The notes under the pieces: model-generated
What the model saw: the letters and a program-made list of their open reading frames with translations, nothing else
The model's database searches: none
What the model was told of the DNA's origin: nothing
Source: Desulfuromonadales bacterium
GTDB lineage: Bacteria; Desulfobacterota; Desulfuromonadia; Desulfuromonadales; SZUA-540
Length of the DNA stretch: 64,000 bases
NCBI GenBank assembly: GCA_033549025.1
Contig: JAWSUS010000004.1
Location: forward strand, 32,001 to 96,000
Direction: 5' to 3'
Shown: positions 51,627 to 59,904 of the stretch, one piece after another
Numbering within the stretch: the stretch's first letter is position 1
Layout of the letters: each line of letters opens with the position of its first letter
Position numbers and translations under genes: made by a program

Positions 51627-52352
51627 ATGGATCTCATGATGGGGACAAAACGGAAAAGAATGGCCTCCTGCCTCCGCTGGTCGGCAAGCCGCGTCACCTT
51701 GGTGGCGGTGTTGGGTGGGATGGCACTTGGCGGATGTGCCGCCGTAGGAAAGAGCAAGGAGGCCATTGTGGAACCCTCACCCGTAGTGGCTGTTGAGGCG
51801 ATGGCCGAATCCGCCGGTCCCGGTGTGCGGCATTTTACCGATGGACGGGAAGGTTTCGTGATCTCGGAACCGTCCACGCTTAATACGCGATTGCGCGCGG
51901 AATTCGATGAGGCCGTGACTCTGATCCAGGAAACTCAGTATGACCAGGCCATCGACGCTTTGAAGAGGGTGGTGGCGCAGGCCCCGGAGATCTCGGCGCC
52001 CCGCATCAATCTCGCCATTGCCTACAGACTGTCTAATCAACCGGAGCAGGCTGAGTCGGAGTTGAAAACGGCCTTGGAGTTGATAGAAGGGCATCCGGTG
52101 GCTAGCCATGAATATGGTTTACTACTGCGCCAAGCCGGACGTTTTGCCGAGGCACGGGTAATATACGAAAACGCCCTGGACCAGTTTCCCGAATATTATC
52201 CTTTACACAGAAATCTAGGCATTTTGTGCGACCTGTATCTGAAGGATTTGGCCTGTGCCGTGAGCCATTACGAAAGCTACAGCAAGGCTGTACCCAAAAA
52301 CGACCAGGTAAAGCTCTGGATTGCTGATCTGAATGCCCGGTTGGGACGCTAG
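51627..52352 (+). CDS. TPR lipoprotein (GltE-like)
   Basis: Lipobox LGGC; TPRs ending NLGILCDLYL...WIADL. Confidence 0.7.
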   Translation: MDLMMGTKRKRMASCLRWSASRVTLVAVLGGMALGGCAAVGKSKEAIVEPSPVVAVEAMAESAGPGVRHFTDGREGFVISEPSTLNTRLRAEFDEAVTLIQETQYDQAIDALKRVVAQAPEISAPRINLAIAYRLSNQPEQAESELKTALELIEGHPVASHEYGLLLRQAGRFAEARVIYENALDQFPEYYPLHRNLGILCDLYLKDLACAVSHYESYSKAVPKNDQVKLWIADLNARLGR

Positions 52353-52418
52353 CCGGCTGTGGTGAAAAGCATTTTGGGCGAGACTTGGAAGGAAGTTGTT
52401 CGCTTATTGGAGTTGTCA

Positions 52419-52727
52419 ATGAATCGAAAACTGATTGTCTGCTGTTGTCTGGTTCTGCTGTGGGTCAGCCAGGCCATGGCGGAAGAACAGCAGGCCGCTG
52501 GGTCAACTGCAAATGGTGAAGACGGGGCCAAAATGATTTCCGGCATGTCGATTGTCGGCAATGATGAAGCGCCGAAGTCGCTCTTTATCGTTCCATGGAA
52601 AAGTTCCGAATTGGGCGTCGAAACCAGTCTGACTCGAACCTTGGACGAGCGAGATGTGCCAGTGGATAGGGATGTCTTTATGCGCCAGCTGGATTTTTAT
52701 GAAGTCAGTACCGGAGGAAACAACTGA
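52419..52727 (+). CDS. Small secreted protein (GltF-like by position)
   Basis: Signal peptide ending AMA; SIVGNDEAPKSLFIVPWK motif. ATG 52419 after GGAG. Confidence 0.6.
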   Translation: MNRKLIVCCCLVLLWVSQAMAEEQQAAGSTANGEDGAKMISGMSIVGNDEAPKSLFIVPWKSSELGVETSLTRTLDERDVPVDRDVFMRQLDFYEVSTGGNN

Positions 52728-52857
52728 AGACCAACCCTGTTTCAGGAGGATAATAGATGGAGTGAGCAGTGCGGACGCTACAAGCGATTTATGGAGTAAC
52801 CAGGGTTTTTGCGGGTTTGATGCACGCTATATATCAGGCAAAAAAGGAGCTAACGTC

Positions 52858-53493
52858 ATGAACACTATTGTTAAATTTATCATGGAAGGGGGCGTTTTCA
52901 TGTACCCCATTTTACTCGTTGGCGCTGCCGGCGCGGCCATCGGGGCAGAACGTTGGTGGTATCTCAGGCGCACCCGGAATGCCAGTCGCGCCATGTGGAA
53001 AGAACTGCAACCGGTGTTGGCCGAGGGGGATTTCGACAAGGCCCGCGAGATGACCACCGACGACAAGGCAGCCATCTCCCAGATGCTGTCCATGGGGCTG
53101 GCTGTGCAAGGAGCGGTCCGACGGCGTCAGGATATTGAAATCGCCATGGAAGAGAGCCTGATGGAAATTACGCCTCAGCTGGAAAAACGAACCCCCTATG
53201 TCGGGCTGCTGGCCAATATCTCGACCTTGCTAGGTCTTCTCGGGACCATCATGGGTCTGATCCAGGCGTTTACCGCCGTCGCCAATGCCAATCCTGCCGA
53301 AAAAGCTGACCTGCTTTCTGCCAGTATCTCGACAGCCATGAATACTACGGCTTTTGGGCTGATCGTCGCAATTCCTCTGCTGATTCTGCATGCCATGTTG
53401 ACAACTACGGCCGGCCAGATCCTCGATAGCCTCGAGATGGCCTCGGTCAAGGCACTGAACAGTATGTCCAGGGCATCCAAACACCAGTATTAA
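52858..53493 (+). CDS. MotA/TolQ/ExbB proton-channel subunit (AglR-like)
   Basis: GGVFMYPI, TLLGLLGTIMGLIQAF and TTAFGLIVAIP motifs. ATG 52858 after AAGGAG. Confidence 0.9.
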   Translation: MNTIVKFIMEGGVFMYPILLVGAAGAAIGAERWWYLRRTRNASRAMWKELQPVLAEGDFDKAREMTTDDKAAISQMLSMGLAVQGAVRRRQDIEIAMEESLMEITPQLEKRTPYVGLLANISTLLGLLGTIMGLIQAFTAVANANPAEKADLLSASISTAMNTTAFGLIVAIPLLILHAMLTTTAGQILDSLEMASVKALNSMSRASKHQY

Positions 53494-53507
53494 TAAGCGA
53501 GTTTATT

Positions 53508-53993
53508 ATGGCTAGACGTCGCAAAAGAGGATCGCAAGAAGCGCCAGAACTGGATATCACCACATTCCTTAATTTGATGGTGGTGTTGATCCCGTTTCTG
53601 CTCCTTAGTGCCGTGTTCTCCCGCATAACGATCATGGAACTGAGCGTGCCGACGGCGGCAGGTGGAGGGGCAGCAAATAAACCGAGCTTCACCATAGAGG
53701 TCATTGTCCGCAGCACCGGTTTCGAGCTGGCCAACGGTACGCAGGTGGTGGCGGCCGTTCCAAAAGCCAATGACGAGTATGACCTGAAAAAGCTGTCACA
53801 AATGCTCATCAATCTGAAGAACGATTATCCTGAAAAAGAGGATGCGACCGTTTTAGTGGAACCCAGGATCGAATACAACTACCTGATTCAGATCATGGAT
53901 ACCGTGCGCGGCACCGAAGTCATACTGCCGGGGGAATCCGAAGTGCAGAAAATGGCTCTTTTCCCGACCATTTCGATTGGAGACGCGCCATGA
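53508..53993 (+). CDS. ExbD/TolR-family subunit 1 (AglQ/S-like)
   Basis: Basic N-terminus, ELDITTFLNLMVVLIPFLL TM segment, and YNYLIQIMD. Confidence 0.85.
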   Translation: MARRRKRGSQEAPELDITTFLNLMVVLIPFLLLSAVFSRITIMELSVPTAAGGGAANKPSFTIEVIVRSTGFELANGTQVVAAVPKANDEYDLKKLSQMLINLKNDYPEKEDATVLVEPRIEYNYLIQIMDTVRGTEVILPGESEVQKMALFPTISIGDAP

Positions 53994-54484
53994 GTGAGAA
54001 CAGACGCATAAAAAGGATGGCGCGCAGGAACAAAAAAACACCTGGGCTGAACTTAACGTCCTTGATGGATGTATTCACCATTCTGGTCTTTTTTCTGCTG
54101 TTCAACTCTGGGGCCGGTGAAGTGCTGGAAGCCCCCAAGACCATCAAGTTACCTGATTCCTCGGTTGAATCCAAACCCAGGGAAACGGTCATTATCATCG
54201 TCGCTCCGGACACGGTGCTGGTCCAGGGTGAAGAGGTGGCCTCCACGCCAGAAGTCCTTGCTTCTTCCAGCGATATGATTGGCGGGGTCGCGGAGCGCCT
54301 GAATCAACTTGAACGCAATATTATCGGGGATGCTACCCGAGCTGCTGTTGACAATAAAGAAGTCACCATCCTTGCGGACAAGGCCATCCCTTTTGTCGTG
54401 CTCAAAAAAATCATGACTACCTGCACGGGTGCCGGATACGGAAAGATTTCTTTGGCGGTCAACCAGAAACCTTCGGAAAGCTAG
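53990..54484 (+). CDS. ExbD/TolR-family subunit 2 (AglS/Q-like)
   Basis: LNLTSLMDVFTILVFFLL, IKLPDS and ADKAIPF...KIMTTC motifs. Confidence 0.88.
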   Translation: MSENRRIKRMARRNKKTPGLNLTSLMDVFTILVFFLLFNSGAGEVLEAPKTIKLPDSSVESKPRETVIIIVAPDTVLVQGEEVASTPEVLASSSDMIGGVAERLNQLERNIIGDATRAAVDNKEVTILADKAIPFVVLKKIMTTCTGAGYGKISLAVNQKPSES

Positions 54485-54496
54485 TGTGGATATATT

Positions 54497-55906
54497 GTGA
54501 CTACTTCCTTACTATCAGAAGAATTGGAGCCCCTGAAGGCGGAAATAGAGCAAGTTCAGCTTCGGCTTGCGGCATTGAAAAGCGAGTTGGTTGCCGCAGA
54601 CACGGACGCCGAGGTCTTTGCTCTTGAGCGGCAACGCTTTGATGCCTTGCGGGACGTCTGCAATGCGATCGACCGCCTGGATGAATTTGAAGCTGTCGAA
54701 CTCTTTTGGGAGGGATTGTCGACCCATGCTGACGGCGTTCAGCATTTAGGCCGGCTGCGCGAGCGTATTGACCAGTTTGAGGGAGAAATCCAGGGGGTCC
54801 TTGACCGGCAGCAATCGCTGCAACGTCAGATTCGGCACTGTTTGGATCAACTGGAGATTCTGGACGAAGAAGTAAGCCAAGCCTACGCCCGCGAAGAGCG
54901 ACGACAGGACGAACTCGTCGTTGAGAGAGAGGCCTCGCCGATTCCATATCGACCGATGATCATGCCCTGGAGCAATGACAGCGAGAGCGAAAAGCGATAC
55001 CGCTTCGCCCTGCTCATTGCCCTGGTCCTGTCGCTTGGCTTCGGAGGAATCGTCAATGTTTGGAAATTGCCGGAACCCGATCTGTCGGCACCGCTCGTCA
55101 TCCCGGAGCGCTTGGCGATGCTGGTCAAGAAACAGCAGGAAAAGCCGAAGGAGGTGCCCAAGCCCAAGCAGAAAAAAGAAGAAATAAAGCCGGAAGAACA
55201 AGTCGCGGAAACGCCGAAGGAGCAGAAGGTCAAGGCGACTCCTGCCGAACGGGTGGCGGCGCGCACCAAAGTGGAAAGTACCGGTGTCATGGCCTTTAAG
55301 AGCAGCTTCAAGGATCTCATGGATGAAACTCCGGTGGCCGGTCTTGGTCTTGAAGCCCGTCTGAGCAACACTCCTGCCGCACCGGCAGGTTCAGCACAGG
55401 CGAGCCGTTCCTTGGTAGCGATGGCGGCGGGAAGTGGTTCCGGCAGTGGTGGAATAAGCAATGCTGCTGTGAGCACCAATCTTGGCCGTGGTGCCGGCGG
55501 TGGCGGTGGAAGTGGCATTGGTCGTGAGGGTGTCGCTTTCACGCGGGTCCAGAGTGATATCGCCAGCCTGGCAGGCGAAGAGGCACGGCCGCTCAGTGAA
55601 GGAGCGGGGCCGGCGCGCACCGACGAAGAGATTCAAATTCTGTTTGATCGTTACAAGGCGGCGCTTTACCGGATATATAACAAGGAATTGCGCAAAGATC
55701 CGACCCTGCGAGGAAAGATGGTCCTGCGCATTACCATCGAGCCGAGTGGTGAGGTTTCCGCCTGTAAGGTGGAGTCGAGCAATATCAACTCCCCTGAATT
55801 GGAAAAACAGGTAGTTGCGCGGGTCGCGAGGATCAATTTCGGACCCAAGGAAGGGGTGCCCAAGACGACCATCCTTTATCCGATCGATTTTCTCCCCGCC
55901 GGATAA
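54497..55906 (+). CDS. TonB-like energy transducer with AgmX/PglI C-terminal domain (GltG-like)
   Basis: N-terminal coiled coil, one TM helix, K/E/P-rich then G/S-rich linker, and C-terminal RTDEEIQ...YNKELRKDPTLRGKMVLRITIEPSGEV. Confidence 0.82.
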   Translation: MTTSLLSEELEPLKAEIEQVQLRLAALKSELVAADTDAEVFALERQRFDALRDVCNAIDRLDEFEAVELFWEGLSTHADGVQHLGRLRERIDQFEGEIQGVLDRQQSLQRQIRHCLDQLEILDEEVSQAYAREERRQDELVVEREASPIPYRPMIMPWSNDSESEKRYRFALLIALVLSLGFGGIVNVWKLPEPDLSAPLVIPERLAMLVKKQQEKPKEVPKPKQKKEEIKPEEQVAETPKEQKVKATPAERVAARTKVESTGVMAFKSSFKDLMDETPVAGLGLEARLSNTPAAPAGSAQASRSLVAMAAGSGSGSGGISNAAVSTNLGRGAGGGGGSGIGREGVAFTRVQSDIASLAGEEARPLSEGAGPARTDEEIQILFDRYKAALYRIYNKELRKDPTLRGKMVLRITIEPSGEVSACKVESSNINSPELEKQVVARVARINFGPKEGVPKTTILYPIDFLPAG

Positions 55907-55952
55907 AAATTCGGGAGAGGGGAAGGGCTTACCCTTTCCAACGGGTTTCATG

Positions 55953-55992
55953 ACATAAAAGCCCTGGCCTTGTTTGGCTGGGGCTTTTGTGT
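55953..55992. terminator. Probable intrinsic terminator closing the large operon
   Basis: ACATAAAAGCCCTGGCC pairs with GGCTGGGGCTTTTGTGT over 17 bp (including G-U pairs). Confidence 0.7.
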
Positions 55993-56459
55993 GTGCGGTT
56001 ACAGCCATGGGATTGACTGTAGCCGTTGCTTGATCTTTTAAGAAAGGGTGCGTCTCTTTGGCCCTTGATGGATTTCAGGTGCTTCGCCTGGCAACGACGT
56101 GTTTCATATTGGTGCATCGCGCCAACTTCTATCCTGTGTCATGGCGCACATGTGTGCTCTCCCGGTGAGGCAAAACGCCGCCACATTTCTTTCCGGGGGT
56201 GGCGCTGGGGGTGGTGACGATGCCGGTACAGTCTTCGATCATGCCCCAACTCGCTCGCAAGGCCTGAGATTGTCTTAATTTGATCGCTTTATGGGTTAGC
56301 GCTGAAACCAAAGAAAAGATAAGGTGCTTCGAAGCCTGAAACGGCATGACTTTTGGATAAAAGGCTTTCGAGGTATTGAAAAACGTCTCCCCTTTGGTGA
56401 AATGCCCGACCCCAGTGTCGGGAGATGCGGTTACTTTTTCGTTCGTATCAAGGCTGCCC

Positions 56460-59198
56460 ATGCTGCGATTACTGCTATTTTTGATTCTATTGCTTCACGC
56501 CGCTCCAGTCTTCGCCGCGCCGTTAACGGTGGCTTTCTATTACGCCGACAACCCGCCGGCTGCCGAGCTGCAGGCTTTCGATATCGCCGTAGTCGATCCC
56601 TCTGCCGGCTTGTCTCCCTCAGAATATCGATCCCATCACAGTGAGCTATTTGCCTACGTCAGTGTTGGTGAGGCAGAACCCTTCCGTTCTTACTACGCCG
56701 AGCTGGAGCCCGCCTGGCTCCTGGGGGAAAATCCCGCTTGGAAGACCAAAATCCTCGATGTTGCCGACCCGGCTTTTCAGGCTTTTTTTCTTGAGCGAAT
56801 CATCGATCCTCTGTGGGAGGCGGGGTATCGGGGCTTTTTTTTAGACACCCTCGATTCCTACCTGATTCTGAACGAAGACAAACGCCAAAACGCCTTGCGT
56901 GCCGGTCTTATCACCATGATTCGCGGGATCAGGGAGCGCTACCCGGAAGCGCGTCTCATTTTGAACCGGGGCTTTGAAATTATGGATGAGGTCAGGGATG
57001 TGACCCTGGCCGTGGCCGCCGAATCTCTTTTTCGCCGTTTTGATCCCCTGACCGGTATTTACGGCGAGGTGTCTGAGGCGGACCGGCAGTGGCTGCTGCA
57101 ACGGTTGAACGAGGTCCGCAGGGCCGGACTGCCGGTCATCGGCATCGATTATGTTCCCCCTGACCAAAGGGAGTTGGCTCGTGCCACCGCTGGTCAAATC
57201 AAGGAACTTGGCTTCATCCCCTGGGTAACGGATAAGGATCTGGCTTCTCTGGGGGTTGGCGCGGTGGAGGTGGTGCCGCGCCGCATCCTCGGACTCTACG
57301 ACGGTAGTGAGGGGCCCGATCCGGTCTACAGCAATCTGCAGCGCTACGCGGTGATGCCTTTAAACCATCTGGGCTATCAGGTCGAGCTCCACGACCTGCG
57401 TGAACCGTTGCCGTCTGGGATTCTGGCGGGCCGCTATGCGGGGGTCGTGGTTTGGCCCAATTCCGACAGCTCCGGTGGCAGGCAGGGCTTGGCGCCCTGG
57501 CTGGAGCGGATCATGGCGGAAGGGATCAAGGTGGTTTTTCTTGACCGCTTTGGTCTGCCGGTTTCTAGCATGACCCGCTTTGGTCTCCACGATCTGACGC
57601 CTACCGCTCCTGCAGGGGACGTGCAGATCGAACACCGCGATCCCTTGGTCGGCTATGAAATAGCGCCCCGCCCCCGACCCTCAAATATCCTACCGATTCG
57701 TGTCGGTCCGCAGGATCGTTCTCTGCTGGTTCTGGGAAGTGGCACCGAAACTCTGTCGGATGCCGTGGCCATCACCTCGTGGGGGGGGTACGCTCTGGAG
57801 CCCTTCGTTATCACGGAGACGGTGGGGGATCGCGCGCACTGGGTCATTGATCCCTTTGCCTTTTTTCAGCAGGCCCTTCGCCTGCCCCTGGTGACGGCTC
57901 CCGATGTCACCACGGAAAACGGGGTGCGGCTACTGCTGACCCATATCGATGCCGATGGCTTTGAAAGCCGGGTAGAGCGTCCCGGCACCCCCCTGGCCGC
58001 TACCGAGTTACGGAAGCGTATTCTGGAGCGGTATCGTCTGCCGACCACTTTTTCCGTCATCACCAGCACCCTGGGGGATCGTGGTGACGTCTCCGATGAG
58101 GCGGCCCAGTGGCGAGAAGAGGCTCGCCAGGCATTTGCCCTTCCCTGGGTCGAGGCAGGCAGTCATACTTTTTCGCACCCTTTTTACTGGCAGGATACTC
58201 TCAGGGCCCGGGAAGACTATCCGGAAAAATACCTGCCCGTTCCCGGTTATTCCTTCAATCTGGAAGCGGAGATTGCCGGCTCCATCCGGTTTATGGAGGA
58301 AAATCTGCTGCCGCCCGGAAAAAACGTCAAGCTCCTGCAGTGGTCTGGCGATTGTATGCCGGGCGCTGATGCCCTGGCCGCGGCCTATGCAGCCGGCGTC
58401 GGCAATATCAACGGCGGCAATACCATCATCACCGAATCGGATCGCAGCCTGACCTCCGTCGCTCCTCTGGGCGTGGCCCGTGGCGGCTACTACCAGGTCT
58501 TTGCCCCCAATCAGAACGAGAACATCTATACCAATCTGTGGACCGGGCCCTTTTACGGCTACCGGCGCGTCATCGAGACCTTCCGTCTCACTGATTCTCC
58601 CCGGCGGCTCAAGCCCATCAACATCTATTACCATGTTTATTCCGCCACCAAAGAGGCCTCCCGTCAGGCCTTGGAGGATGTCTATGACTGGGCCCTGTCC
58701 CAGCGTCCCCATGCCATTTATACCTCGTCCTATGTAGACAAAGTGCTGGATTTCAACCGCACGGTGGTCGCTCGCCAGCAAGGCGGCTGGCTCATTCGTA
58801 ATGCTGGTGAATTACGGCAGCTGCGTCTGCCCCAGACAGCCGGCTATCCGGATCTGGCCCAAAGCCGCAATGTCCTGGGGTGGTCCGACCATGGTGACAG
58901 CCGCTACATCCATCTCGGCCCCGGGGGGGAGGCCTTGCTGGTGCTTTCGAACGATCCGCCCCGCCTTCCATATCTGCGATCGGTGGGGGCTGAAGTTCTG
59001 GCCTGGAAACGTCATGACAGGGGTATCCGTCTTGAGATCGAGGCCCATTTGCAGACCAGGGCGACGTTCGTCGCGCCAAAACAGTGCCGCTTGAGAGGGA
59101 TGGCCGGCCAGTCGACTTTTTCGACCACGGACAAGGGATCCTTGCATACCGCTGAACTGCCGGAGGGTAGACATGTTCTTGAACTTCTCTGCCCTTGA
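56460..59198 (+). CDS. pelA: Pel polysaccharide bifunctional hydrolase/deacetylase PelA
   Basis: Signal peptide; hydrolase domain AYVSVGE, GFFLDTLDSY, LNRGFE, AAES; deacetylase PDVTTENG, THIDADG, SHTFSHPF, WSGDC, YYHVYS. Start taken at ATG 56460. Confidence 0.93.
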   Translation: MLRLLLFLILLLHAAPVFAAPLTVAFYYADNPPAAELQAFDIAVVDPSAGLSPSEYRSHHSELFAYVSVGEAEPFRSYYAELEPAWLLGENPAWKTKILDVADPAFQAFFLERIIDPLWEAGYRGFFLDTLDSYLILNEDKRQNALRAGLITMIRGIRERYPEARLILNRGFEIMDEVRDVTLAVAAESLFRRFDPLTGIYGEVSEADRQWLLQRLNEVRRAGLPVIGIDYVPPDQRELARATAGQIKELGFIPWVTDKDLASLGVGAVEVVPRRILGLYDGSEGPDPVYSNLQRYAVMPLNHLGYQVELHDLREPLPSGILAGRYAGVVVWPNSDSSGGRQGLAPWLERIMAEGIKVVFLDRFGLPVSSMTRFGLHDLTPTAPAGDVQIEHRDPLVGYEIAPRPRPSNILPIRVGPQDRSLLVLGSGTETLSDAVAITSWGGYALEPFVITETVGDRAHWVIDPFAFFQQALRLPLVTAPDVTTENGVRLLLTHIDADGFESRVERPGTPLAATELRKRILERYRLPTTFSVITSTLGDRGDVSDEAAQWREEARQAFALPWVEAGSHTFSHPFYWQDTLRAREDYPEKYLPVPGYSFNLEAEIAGSIRFMEENLLPPGKNVKLLQWSGDCMPGADALAAAYAAGVGNINGGNTIITESDRSLTSVAPLGVARGGYYQVFAPNQNENIYTNLWTGPFYGYRRVIETFRLTDSPRRLKPINIYYHVYSATKEASRQALEDVYDWALSQRPHAIYTSSYVDKVLDFNRTVVARQQGGWLIRNAGELRQLRLPQTAGYPDLAQSRNVLGWSDHGDSRYIHLGPGGEALLVLSNDPPRLPYLRSVGAEVLAWKRHDRGIRLEIEAHLQTRATFVAPKQCRLRGMAGQSTFSTTDKGSLHTAELPEGRHVLELLCP

Positions 59199-59904
59199 AA
59201 ATCCTTCGCGGCGGGAGCGGTTTTCCCGACCTCTCGCCGTTATTGGCACTGCTGTCGCTTTTATGGGGGTTTTGGCGCTTTTCTACCCTGAACAGGAGCT
59301 GTTGAACCTGGTGCGGCAGGATGATACCAAAGGGCCGGCCACCCGGATTTATCTGCAGGCGCTTTTGCGGACCCGGCCGCAGGATCATGATATCCGCCTG
59401 CGGCTGGCGGCCCAATATATGGATGTGGAACAGTATCGCCAGGCCCTGCGGGTGCTGGACGCCGCGGTCGGGGAAGTCTCCGCCGCGGAGCGCGAACGCT
59501 ATGCCGAGCTCATCGTGGCCAGCCTCGAACGGCTCTTCGCCCTGGACCAGGCCGAAGGCTGGCGTCAGCGATTGGAGGCGCTGGGGCGAAACGTCGAGAC
59601 CACCGATCCGACTGAACCGGATGCTTACCGCCGCCGTGCCCAACATGTTTTTGACCAGATGAGCACCGCCACCAGTCTGGAGCAGCGCCGTTCCCTGTTT
59701 TTCAGGGCGCTAAGGATTTTGCAGGAGGGCAATCTTCTGCTGGAGGCTCTGGCGGCCGCGGATGCCCATATCGGTCGACTTGCCGGCGACCGCGAGACGC
59801 TGATCTTCCTCACCCGGCTGGCCCTGTCCGCCAATCGGCCTGACCTGGCGCAAGTGTTTGTCCGCCGGGCTCTTGGCCTGCCGAGTCCGGGAGGGAACCC
59901 ATGA
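59173..59904 (+). CDS. PelB N-terminal-like membrane-anchored TPR protein
   Basis: N-terminal TM helix, then YLQALLRTRPQDHDIRLRLA, resembling the start of Pseudomonas PelB. Lies between pelA and the barrel gene. Confidence 0.65.
   Translation: MFLNFSALENPSRRERFSRPLAVIGTAVAFMGVLALFYPEQELLNLVRQDDTKGPATRIYLQALLRTRPQDHDIRLRLAAQYMDVEQYRQALRVLDAAVGEVSAAERERYAELIVASLERLFALDQAEGWRQRLEALGRNVETTDPTEPDAYRRRAQHVFDQMSTATSLEQRRSLFFRALRILQEGNLLLEALAAADAHIGRLAGDRETLIFLTRLALSANRPDLAQVFVRRALGLPSPGGNP

Noticed and set aside
52858..55906. Ordinary TonB-ExbBD iron uptake or Tol-Pal system
   Set aside because: No TonB-dependent receptor, TolB or Pal is present. Two different ExbD subunits, the AgmX/PglI domain and the TPR set point to an Agl-Glt-like core.
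56142..56357. Sigma-54 or FleQ-like sites upstream of pelA
   Set aside because: TGGCGCACATGTGTGC has GG-GC spacing off by one, CGGCATGACTTTTGGA lacks the -12 GC, and the FleQ-like match is poor. Too weak to call.
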